A stretch of 64,000 nt of DNA from a virus (IMGVR_UViG_3300033075_000428:1-64000); one strand, 5' to 3'. Positions 54,674-62,947 are shown, counted from the first letter of the stretch. The notes: a model not told the origin generated them from the letters alone. Translations and numbers: made by a program.

Positions 54674-56704
54674 GTTGTCTTGCTCTCGCTATTAGTCGAG
54701 AGTATTCTCTCACGAAGCTTCTGTATTGTTGGTAGTACCTCATTGAAGTCCATGTCGTCAGACACTCCCCACTCAATCAGGTGCATCATCTTACCCGCAG
54801 TTGCGATAAACTCTCTGGTCTCTTGCAACAGAGCGAACTGTTCCTCAGTGAACTTTCGATTGGAATCCAAGTTGGTATTCACAATCTCAAACTCTTTAGC
54901 CAACCAAGCAGGAACGTCGATGACTTCTTCTTTACTCCACTGTTGAATGTCTTCAACAAGCTTTGTTGCGCTTTTTCGCTCTTGATGAAAGGCATTCAGC
55001 TTCCGAATAAACTCTATGAAGTCTTTCGTTGGATAATTGAATGTTCTCTCAATCTGAGCCAACGTGACCTTGAGTAGCGTTGGAGTTGACTCCGACATCA
55101 AACGTTGCTCTACCACGAACTGGTCAAACCGCTCGCAGAAGTCTTCAACGTTTCGATATGCATAGAAGAAGGAACCACCACTCATGGTTTGTCTTTTCCT
55201 TGATTCGTTAACTGTAGGTTACAATTACCTGTGGTTTGGTCAAACATTGGTGCAACGTAATACACCCAACTTGGAACAGATTGTTGTGAACCACTTACTG
55301 CTGCAGACGTGATTTCAACGTGCAGTGCGTGACGTTGACACTTGTCTCGCAATGGACACAACACAGGTTGTCCGCCACGGTGAGTGTATTCGCCTGTACA
55401 ATGTGCAATGTCGTGATTCATTTTCTCTCGCTTGGTAGACAACCGCTTGGGTCAATAGACAAAAACCTGAACGCCTTTCGTTACAACACGAAATTCGCTC
55501 AGGCTGAAGAAAATTTTGAAACTCAGGGAGTGAGCTATGCCAACTCGCCATTCAACAAGTCTAGGTGTACTTGGTTAGCAAACTTTACAGCATCTTCGTA
55601 TGTGTCGTGCTTGTTGTCTGCAAAGTAAAGTCTACTGCTAACTTTCCAGTGAGTCATATCGTTGTACTTGAATACGAAGTATTCCAACATACCGTTGAAC
55701 GTTCGTGCACAGAACAACTGTCCGTTTCGAACATGATGAAAGTGAAGTGGCTTGAGTTGTTCTTGTTTTAGCATATTTAACCAGTAGTTAGTCTCATCAG
55801 CTACTAAAACGCTACCAGATTGAGTTCTTTGTGTGCTCATGAGCTTCGTCTTCATGCATTGTACTGGGAAACATTGAAAACTTCCTAGGAGTGTCTGTTT
55901 CCTTCGGAGGAATATCCAACAAGAGCTTTATGAACTTGTCCAAGTGACTCTGGTTTTCAAACACTATTGTCGTGCAATCCTTGTCAGGAGAGTTGACGGC
56001 TGTTCCGTTGACGTAGATTTTCACACTCATAGTACCGATAGTTCAATTGATTAGCTCTTTTGCGTGGAGAACGAAGTGTCTGCACTATCCACTTTCGTTA
56101 GGATAACTTCAGGCTTATACCCGTGACCGATTCCGTGCCATGTAGGCTTCGGGAACTGAAAATTCTTCTTGAAGAATATCGCCACCTTATGGTAGCAACG
56201 TTGTAATACTAGCATGTCGTTTCTTCTTTTTGATTCGAACACGTAACGTCCAGTTACGTAGAACGGAGACACGAAATCTCCCAATGGTGAAATCCAACAC
56301 AATTCGTTGCTGGTTGTCGAGTCGTTTCATCGGGTGAATTGACATCACAACTCCAACTGTGGATGAAGGATAGTTAAAACTGATAGCGCAGTGAATACTG
56401 ACTAGGTCTTCTTGTTCTCTTTCTTCTGTAGGAACTGGGAGTACGCTACCAAGACTCGTTCAGCATTGTGCTCATTCACGAATTCTTTCGCTCGCTTGAA
56501 CGTAGTAGACTCAAACACTGGGTCGGATTGTCTGCTGTTTTCATACACTCTCCAAGTTTTGTTGAATCCCCAAGGACGCACGATATAGTATACACATGAG
56601 ATACCATGACCTGTGTAATAGGTATCATAGCTATGCCACTTGAACCACTTTATTTCCTTGAGTTCAACTTCCATTGTGTCTCTTTCCAAGTTCTCGTTCC
56701 ACAA
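54670..56704 (-). other. Small hypothetical CDS run (54670-55185, 55182-55442, 55535-55855, 55812-56030, 56051-56302, 56402-56704)
   Basis: Coupled ORFs. Confidence 0.55.
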
Positions 56705-57254
56705 AGCTTACCACCTTACAAGCATGAGTCCAGATGACATGGTCTATGCTAATTGCTTCAAGTAGTGCTAGACACTCAGGAATATAGACCTTCGCGAACT
56801 TTGGGTCATAGGTGTAGATACTTCGGGTGTTGTCAATGATGTCTGCGCATTTGATTATCTTGGCAGTGTAGCTTACGTTGGATAGGAAACGACGATCAAT
56901 TTCCTTGCGCACGGCTCTATTGCCATCTTCTGGTTTCGACCGTTGAGTCAACTCTACAACGAGGTCAACAATCTCTTTCGAGAAGCATCTGCGCAAGAGT
57001 TCTTCAGTAACTTCAGTAACTTCAGTGTCCTCTATAGTGTCGTGCAGATAAGCTGCACTAATCATTGTCTCTGTCAAACTAGGGACAAAGTTGCGAAGCT
57101 CAGTGACCACACCAGCAAGATGCACGAAGTAAGGTTCACCTGTGTACTTACGCTGTTGGTTCTTATGGGCTGTAGCCGCGAACATCTTAGCGTATTCACT
57201 CTCGGTGAATAACATAGTATTCTTGTTTAGCTCTTTGAGTTCTTCAAGTATCAT
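56664..57254 (-). CDS. HD-domain small alarmone hydrolase ((p)ppGpp hydrolase/Mesh1-like)
   Basis: AHKNQQRKYTGEPYFVH, AAYLHDTIEDT and IKCADIIDN motifs. Confidence 0.85.
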   Translation of the reverse strand: MILEELKELNKNTMLFTESEYAKMFAATAHKNQQRKYTGEPYFVHLAGVVTELRNFVPSLTETMISAAYLHDTIEDTEVTEVTEELLRRCFSKEIVDLVVELTQRSKPEDGNRAVRKEIDRRFLSNVSYTAKIIKCADIIDNTRSIYTYDPKFAKVYIPECLALLEAISIDHVIWTHACKVVSFVERELGKRHNGS

Positions 57255-57646
57255 TCTGGTGTGTTCTCTTTTTGAAACTCAGACAAGATAGAGTAGTCAA
57301 GCTGGCGATCAATTGCGAGTTCTCGTAGACGCTTTGGCCACTCTTCAGGATTATGACCGTCATGTACACTTTGAAGTCCAATCAATAGACGAGTTGCCCC
57401 TGGTACATCTTTAAACACTCGCAGAGATGGTGGGCACAGGGTGCTTTGGAGCAACTCTCGAATACCACTAGTCTCCATTTCAATGTTAGGATTATACTCT
57501 TCTTCAGGAATCAGGACTCCGATGGCACACTTCAATCCACCTTCTCCTGAGAAGTATAAACATCTTTCATCCCAAGAGAGTGACCGTTCATTCTGTGTCA
57601 ACAAGTGTCGGGCAACTGTGTCAAAGATTTCTTGTTTGGTCATCAT
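57251..57646 (-). CDS. Tandem paralog 1 (QEIFD..HLLTQ / KCAIG.LIP family)
   Basis: Shared motifs with adjacent three genes. Confidence 0.8.
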   Translation of the reverse strand: MMTKQEIFDTVARHLLTQNERSLSWDERCLYFSGEGGLKCAIGVLIPEEEYNPNIEMETSGIRELLQSTLCPPSLRVFKDVPGATRLLIGLQSVHDGHNPEEWPKRLRELAIDRQLDYSILSEFQKENTPE

Positions 57647-58053
57647 GATACACTCTTCTCTTGGAATTGTCTCAAGACACTGTTGTCAAGATTGAAATTT
57701 AACGCAGTAACTAGAAGACCGTTTATCCAATCCTCTATAATCATCTCGTCATGAATGCCCTGAAGTTCCTCGAGAAGCATCATTGTCTGAGTGTTATCAC
57801 AGTAGACTGAAAGTGACTTTGGGCATGATGGGTGATAGTTGATAAGGTATCTAACATCCCCACTGTTTTCAATAGCAGGCTTGTACTCCTTATCAGGAAT
57901 CAACACACCGATAGCACACTTCTTACCATCGGGAGAATGATATAAGCACTTCCAAGGGTTTAAGCAATTTCCTTGAACTGGAATAATGCTCTTCTCATTC
58001 TGAGTCAGTAGGTGCTTAGCAACGATATCAAAGATTTCTTGTGGAGTCAACAT
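57643..58053 (-). CDS. Tandem paralog 2
   Basis: QEIFD..HLLTQNEKS..CLY..DGKKCAIGVLIP..LQGIHD. Confidence 0.8.
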   Translation of the reverse strand: MLTPQEIFDIVAKHLLTQNEKSIIPVQGNCLNPWKCLYHSPDGKKCAIGVLIPDKEYKPAIENSGDVRYLINYHPSCPKSLSVYCDNTQTMMLLEELQGIHDEMIIEDWINGLLVTALNFNLDNSVLRQFQEKSVS

Positions 58054-58445
58054 GATATACTCCCCTCTTGGAATTGTCTCAAGACTGTATCTTCTAGCCC
58101 CCAGTGAAGCGCAAGCTCACGAAGACGACTAGGCCATGTTTTGGGTTCGAGATTGTCGTGTACTCTTTGGAGTGTCAACAATAGATCCATAAATGACTCA
58201 TTCGTTCGGTAAGCCAATAATGACTTGGGACATAAGTCAGAATGATTATAAACAAGGGAGTGAACATCACCTGTAGATTCCATGGAGACATTGTACTCGT
58301 CATCAGGAATCAGCGCTCCAACAGCGCACTTCTTACCATCAGGAGTACGGTATAGACATGTCCCTCTAAATGTATCAACGCTCTTTTCATTCTGAGTCAG
58401 TAGGTGCTGGACAACGGTATCGAAGATTTCCTGCATAGTCAACAT
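58047..58445 (-). CDS. Tandem paralog 3
   Basis: QEIFD..HLLTQNEKS..CLY..DGKKCAVGALIP..LQRVHD. Confidence 0.8.
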   Translation of the reverse strand: MLTMQEIFDTVVQHLLTQNEKSVDTFRGTCLYRTPDGKKCAVGALIPDDEYNVSMESTGDVHSLVYNHSDLCPKSLLAYRTNESFMDLLLTLQRVHDNLEPKTWPSRLRELALHWGLEDTVLRQFQEGSISC

Positions 58446-58455
58446 GGTGAGTTCC

Positions 58456-59004
58456 TTACAGCTTTGCCGTTGACGTTGGTTCTGTGTAGGTGAAGTTCTT
58501 GATTGCGTGTCCGTTCCAGCTTCTAATGGAATGGACTAATGAACTGTTGAGTTCATGGTCAATAGCAAGGTTCATGAGCTTTGAACGAAGCATCTTGACT
58601 GAACGAGACTCATCATGAATCTGTTGAAGACTCTGCAAGTACTCAGCCATCTCACCCTTGCTCATCCACTTTGGTAATGGTGACGAAGGCATGTCCAGAA
58701 GCTCCTTGATGCTATGGCCTTCCATGTCATTTGAGTAGTTCTTTTCAGTGATAAGGATGCCAATGGCACACTGATGTGTAACATACCCGTCACGAGAGAA
58801 AATCTTGTACCGAGGTCCGCTGTTCACTGCATTGCGCACCTTTGACTGTACACCTTGCTCCGCAAAGTGAGTGCAAACTCGGTTGAACACTTCCTGCTTC
58901 GTCATGACTTCTCCTGTGATAGTGGCTTTGAGGTCTTCCTCAATTGTGTGCTTATTATTGTGTCCCAGTCCAACCTGTGAAGATGCGAGTGCATGATGAG
59001 ACAC
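58456..59004 (-). CDS. Tandem paralog 4 (divergent; start probably MTKQEVF at 58905)
   Basis: QEVFN..HF..QG..CAIGILI..LQQIHD. Confidence 0.75.
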   Translation of the reverse strand: MSHHALASSQVGLGHNNKHTIEEDLKATITGEVMTKQEVFNRVCTHFAEQGVQSKVRNAVNSGPRYKIFSRDGYVTHQCAIGILITEKNYSNDMEGHSIKELLDMPSSPLPKWMSKGEMAEYLQSLQQIHDESRSVKMLRSKLMNLAIDHELNSSLVHSIRSWNGHAIKNFTYTEPTSTAKL

Positions 59005-59423
59005 ATCTGACTGCTGACATCTATGTCCAATTTAATGGACTGGAATATGTATCTGAACACTTCACCCCAGTTAGAATGAAACATCTCCTCTGAGTTTGGG
59101 CTCTCGAGAATCTTCTCAACCAATGAAATCTCTCGTTGACAATTCTCAGAAAGTGAGTCCCAAATGGATTTACCAGTGCTCGTTTTGACGTTACGAACAA
59201 GACAAACAGCGAGTGTTGCATACTGTTTTGGTGTCATCGCTCTAACACATAGCCAATGTAACCAGTCAGGACGGTGACAGTTCATTAGCACCTTTTCCAT
59301 GTTCAAGAACTGGAAAGCCCAATCCCTTGCCTTTTGACAAGCTCCAAGTTGCTTGAGATACTCATCCTTGAGAGGAAGTGTTTCAGCGCGTTGACAGTAG
59401 AGGTAGTGATTCATTAACATCAT
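58902..59423 (-). CDS. Hypothetical protein
   Basis: LGAC...W...RPDWL.W motif seen in phage proteins. Confidence 0.65.
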   Translation of the reverse strand: MMLMNHYLYCQRAETLPLKDEYLKQLGACQKARDWAFQFLNMEKVLMNCHRPDWLHWLCVRAMTPKQYATLAVCLVRNVKTSTGKSIWDSLSENCQREISLVEKILESPNSEEMFHSNWGEVFRYIFQSIKLDIDVSSQMCLIMHSHLHRLDWDTIISTQLRKTSKPLSQEKS

Positions 59424-59677
59424 TTGTCCCTTGGTTGACGTACACCCGAGGTGAACGCACGCTTGGTTGCGTTTTTCATCATTATCAATTCAAGAAGCGT
59501 GATGTTCCAAGTTCCTTCAGCATACGCCTCAATCGCCCCAATGAGGTCAGAAAGTTCCACAAGTTGCAACACAGGGCTTTGCTGTTCAACTGCATCCATG
59601 AATTCATGGTACTCCTCAGTAATCTTTGAATGACTACCAAAGGTACCACGGGGAATTTCTCTCAGGTGATAGGACAT
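59420..59677 (-). CDS. MazG-like all-alpha NTP pyrophosphohydrolase
   Basis: KITEEYHEF...VELSDLIG (EExxE...ExxD). Confidence 0.6.
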   Translation of the reverse strand: MSYHLREIPRGTFGSHSKITEEYHEFMDAVEQQSPVLQLVELSDLIGAIEAYAEGTWNITLLELIMMKNATKRAFTSGVRQPRDK

Positions 59678-59690
59678 GATGTTCGAGAAG

Positions 59691-60335
59691 TTACTTGAAG
59701 ACTTTACTGAGGAAGAACTTTCTGACCAACTGCTCGTCGAGACACTCCATTGTCTTGCGCCAGTTCACGATGTTCGTCAATCTTGGTTCAGCACACGCTG
59801 TACCGTATACCCACATGAACCCTTGAAACGAACGTATCCCATACGAACCTAGTTCAACAAGTTCAAATTCCTTCGACGGTGGAACGTTCACCACAGCACA
59901 GATGTCGTAGCCATTTCCTTCGTCGTTTTCAACAATGTCACAGTCAACGTACCGACGAAAGAATTCCAATGCTGATTTCATCACCAGTTCCAACTCAGCC
60001 ATTGCAGTAAGCTCATTCACTGCAGAAGAAATCAGTTCATTCTTGAGGAAGTACTTCGTGTGCAGGAAGTCGAATGATTCTTTCCGAAAGCAGGGTGTCA
60101 CCGTCTGGAACCGTCCTTGGGGCAAGAACCCTTTGGACTGCAAGTAAAGGAACGACTGTTCACCCGACGCAACTAGGACTTTCCCGTCAGGGTGAACGAG
60201 TTGAAAGTCTTCTCGGTCAGAGGGTTTCGTGATGGCAGAGATTGCCTTCGTAACAGTCCAAGGGCTTTCGATTCTTGTGTACCCAATGTTCGTAAAGAAC
60301 TCAATAGAGTCCTGAATCTTTTGATAGTCAATCAT
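59691..60335 (-). CDS. Stand-alone class II aminoacyl-tRNA-synthetase-like catalytic domain
   Basis: Motif1 GYTRIESP, LVASGEQ, motif2 TPCFRKE...F.K.E, ELGSYG, motif3 GTACAEPR; no anticodon-binding domain. Confidence 0.75.
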   Translation of the reverse strand: MIDYQKIQDSIEFFTNIGYTRIESPWTVTKAISAITKPSDREDFQLVHPDGKVLVASGEQSFLYLQSKGFLPQGRFQTVTPCFRKESFDFLHTKYFLKNELISSAVNELTAMAELELVMKSALEFFRRYVDCDIVENDEGNGYDICAVVNVPPSKEFELVELGSYGIRSFQGFMWVYGTACAEPRLTNIVNWRKTMECLDEQLVRKFFLSKVFK

Positions 60336-61185
60336 AGTGACTTGTTTCGTATGTTCTTATTGAAGTGTTTCAGGCACGCGTCCTTACACTCAGTGATTGA
60401 ACCAAGCACGAGAATTTGTGATCTTTCATGTGCGTCACTGTCATCGATGAATCGTGCTCGGTACATTGGCAGAGTCACATCAATGAGCTCAATCACATAT
60501 TCCAAGTCAACTGTTATCACAGCGCGATAAACAACTACTGCTGTAACTGTCTTCCAAACAATGTCACGTGCTGGTTCAGACAATGGATTCTCTTTGGTTT
60601 GTGGTTTCCTAACAACAACGATTGACCAACTAGGTCTCAGTGTAGAAGACTTCGCGACGAAAGATTCGTACTGAACTACATTCTTCGAAAGATGTTTACA
60701 GGTAAACACTCTGCTATCGTGGGTGGTTTGTAGGTAGGAGAACAAGCCCACTTCATCATGGTCTTCTGGAATCGTGACACGTACTGGCCTTCCGTTAGCA
60801 ATACTGTCTTGAACAGCATTATTAACTTTGTCAAGAGTATTCTGAGCTATCTTAGTTACCATTTGATTTTCTCCAATGCGGCGTTGACAACACGCGTGTT
60901 GAAGCGTTCTTGTCTTGTTGTTTCCCAGTCAGACTGCATGACGTCTTTAGCTACCAGTAGTGCTCTGGCCATCAAGATGTGAGCACCATCTTCATAGTTG
61001 TGCTCAAACGTGAATTTGTGTTCACTGTTAAATCTGTGTTCACCATTACACAATGTAAGGGTCAACTCATAGACAAAGTCACCAACGTTAGTGGTGCTCT
61101 TGCCCCTGTTCACAATCTTGAACTTGTAAATCGTGTCTCGGTTAACCTTGACGTCAAACGTTAGCATGCTTCTTTCTTGTGTCAA
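60332..61185 (-). other. Two hypothetical CDS (60332-60862, 60856-61185)
   Basis: Coupled ORFs. Confidence 0.6.
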
Positions 61186-61239
61186 ATTAGTTGACAGCTA
61201 AGTGCGCGGGTTGGCACCCTTGGAAGAACGAGCAACCAA

Positions 61240-61282
61240 GCGAATACAAAAATCCCCACAGTGCGTTACCAAAGTGGGGATT
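61240..61282 (-). terminator. Intrinsic terminator closing the Y-RNA array
   Basis: AATCCCCAC/GTGGGGATT hairpin then TTTGTATTCGC on minus strand; preceded by a second hairpin at 61294-61319. Confidence 0.7.
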
Positions 61283-61341
61283 GCTGGCTTACAGTAGTGA
61301 TGTCTATACCCATCACTACCACCAGTGAGGCAAAATACAAG

Positions 61342-61468
61342 TTCTAACAGGAACAGTCGCTAACGGAAATTAAGTGCTCTACCAACTGAGCTACAAGCAA
61401 TTGCTCGCTTGACAGGACTTGAACCTGCGACAAAAGGAGAAGTATCCGTTGGCTACACCATGTTAGAA
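61342..61468 (-). ncRNA. Y RNA (YrlA-like) copy 1 with circularly permuted tRNA domain
   Basis: UUCUAACA/UGUUAGAA terminal stem; UGGUGUAG..AUACUUC; T arm GCAGG-UUCAAGU-CCUGU; closed acceptor CAAGC/GCUUG; D arm UAGCUCAGUUGGUAGAGC; 3' CUGUUCCU. Confidence 0.85.
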
Positions 61469-61475
61469 TCGTTGT

Positions 61476-61505
61476 GTTTTCAAACGTACTGAAATCAGTA
61501 CAACA
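61476..61505. repeat. Array spacer copy A (GTACTG/CAGTAC hairpin + TTTGAAAAC on minus strand)
   Basis: 25/30 identical to 61673-61702; four of five differences lie in the loop. Confidence 0.8.
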
Positions 61506-61522
61506 GACACTCAATAAATAAC

Positions 61523-61663
61523 CCTGTAGGAACAGGCGTTGACGGGCTTTTGTGACCACTTGTTTTGCCAGTTAAACTACAAGATTATAGAAATCTTGGA
61601 AGGATTTGAACCTTCAATCAGCGGTTTTTTGTTACGAAGTAACCGTTAACTACACCATACAGG
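61523..61663 (-). ncRNA. Y RNA (YrlA-like) copy 2 with a different permuted tRNA domain
   Basis: CCUGUA/UACAGG terminal stem; same core motifs; T arm GAAGG-UUCAAAU-CCUUC; acceptor CAAGAUU/AAUCUUG; D arm GUUU-AACUGGCA-AAAC; residual stem ACCGC/GUGGU. Confidence 0.85.
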
Positions 61664-61672
61664 TATCATTGA

Positions 61673-61702
61673 GTTTTCAAATGTACTGTTGACAGTACAA
61701 CA
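61673..61702. repeat. Array spacer copy B
   Basis: GTTTTCAAATGTACTG-TTGA-CAGTACAACA. Confidence 0.8.
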
Positions 61703-61718
61703 AGCAGTCAAAAATAAA

Positions 61719-61788
61719 ACCGACAGGAACAGGCGTCTACGGGTTGTGGTTCATAACGTGAAGTAACCGTTGACTACACCATGTCAGT
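61719..61788 (-). ncRNA. Minimal Y-RNA-like copy 3 (no tRNA domain)
   Basis: ACUGACA/UGUCGGU stem; UGGUGUAG-UCAACGG-UUACUUC...CCGUAGA-CGC-CUGUUCCU. Confidence 0.75.
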
Positions 61789-61789
61789 C

Positions 61790-62113
61790 TTACTTGGGGG
61801 TATCCGAGGGACGAATGGTTACGTTGGCAGCGTTGATTGTTACTTCATTCGCTGTTGCCGCAACTCCTGGTACATAGTTTGTACCAGTCAATGTGTCGTT
61901 GTTACTAGTTCCTGAGCTCTTAGTGCCCGTATCACCAGAGGTGATGACGTCAAGTGCCATGAAGTTGAATTCATGCTGTGCAGGATAGTTCTCTTGAAAC
62001 CAGACACAAACACACATACCATTTGGACGGATATCATTCACCGTCATGCTTGGGCTTCCCGTCTTCAGACGGACGATGTCTCCAATTTTCACGCTGTCTG
62101 TTGTAACAAGCAT
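61790..62113 (-). CDS. YodC/DUF2158-like small protein with low-complexity tail
   Basis: KIGDIVRLKTGSPSMTV...CVCVWF...F...AL. Confidence 0.75.
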   Translation of the reverse strand: MLVTTDSVKIGDIVRLKTGSPSMTVNDIRPNGMCVCVWFQENYPAQHEFNFMALDVITSGDTGTKSSGTSNNDTLTGTNYVPGVAATANEVTINAANVTIRPSDTPK

Positions 62114-62144
62114 GTCTCAATCCAAATTTCTGTTTTAAAAATGA

Positions 62145-62219
62145 AAGCGGCTAGGAACAGACGCAAGTAGGTGATTTCGTGCAAATGTGAAGTAACCCAC
62201 CGCTACACCATAGACGCTT
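62145..62219 (-). ncRNA. Minimal Y-RNA-like copy 4 (no tRNA domain)
   Basis: AAGCGUCUA/UAGCCGCUU stem; UGGUGUAG-CGGUGGG-UUACUUC...CCUACUUG-CGU-CUGUUCCU. Confidence 0.75.
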
Positions 62220-62281
62220 ACAATACATAGAACGGGTTGAAATTCTTAGAGCCTTTTCTCGAGGCTACCAGAAGAAAAGAT

Positions 62282-62947
62282 TCAGGTCACTGAAACCAAG
62301 TCTTTTGGACTGATGTTCAAGTGGAATGTCTGAATCAGTCCAGGGAGTTTCCTTGCGTCGATTTGAACCACACCAGCAGTGTCTGGCAAGTAGACTTCAA
62401 TGTAATTCAAGTCAGTGTCAAGAGTCTTGGTTGACTTCTCATACAATGGGTACTCGTCAATGTAGACGTACAACTCACCAGATGACTCGAACACGTCTCC
62501 ATGTGACAGAAGTGCTTGAGTCTTTGGGGTGGTCTGAATCTTCCCAGTCTGCATCAAGCTGATAACTCGAGACACAATGATTCCAGCGGAACTCTTGTGT
62601 GCCTTGATGTCGTTGATGAGTCGAGCAAGCAGTTCATCTTTCTTCCCAAACGGGAACTCATGCTCAGCTTCGTCAACTACACTTCTGAGTCCTGCATTGT
62701 CAACAGCAATAAGTGCCTTGCTCCCATTGCCTGCAATGTCAGTAACAAATCGATACAACGAGTTAACATCAAAGCGATTAGCAACGTGGGCTGAATCAGG
62801 GAACTTCGCTTTTGCTCTCTTCAGTGAAGTGAACAAGTCAGCGGAAGTTGAGAAAGAATACACTGGACTGTCACGCTTCTGGTACTCAACGAAGTACCTA
62901 CCAAGCGACTTGTCTAGTGTGATGCTTACCAGAAACTCTTTCACCAA
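62282..62947 (-). CDS. Hypothetical protein
   Basis: 221 aa ORF with GAGGAG SD. Confidence 0.7.
   Translation of the reverse strand: MVKEFLVSITLDKSLGRYFVEYQKRDSPVYSFSTSADLFTSLKRAKAKFPDSAHVANRFDVNSLYRFVTDIAGNGSKALIAVDNAGLRSVVDEAEHEFPFGKKDELLARLINDIKAHKSSAGIIVSRVISLMQTGKIQTTPKTQALLSHGDVFESSGELYVYIDEYPLYEKSTKTLDTDLNYIEVYLPDTAGVVQIDARKLPGLIQTFHLNISPKDLVSVT

Noticed and set aside
57251-59004. Diversity-generating retroelement template/variable repeats
   Set aside because: Divergence is not adenine-specific, all copies are coding and no reverse transcriptase is in the window
61365-61435. Canonical tRNA or tRNA pseudogene
   Set aside because: Arm order is T-acceptor-D with a closed acceptor loop, no anticodon loop and no CCA, so it is a permuted mimic within a larger RNA
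61344-61559. 71-aa minus-strand ORF
   Set aside because: Overlaps the structured RNA copies and has no recognisable features; probably spurious
61342-62219. CRISPR array interpretation of the repeated motifs
   Set aside because: Conserved blocks pair with each other around structured inserts, unit lengths are irregular and no cas genes are present; a Y RNA architecture fits better
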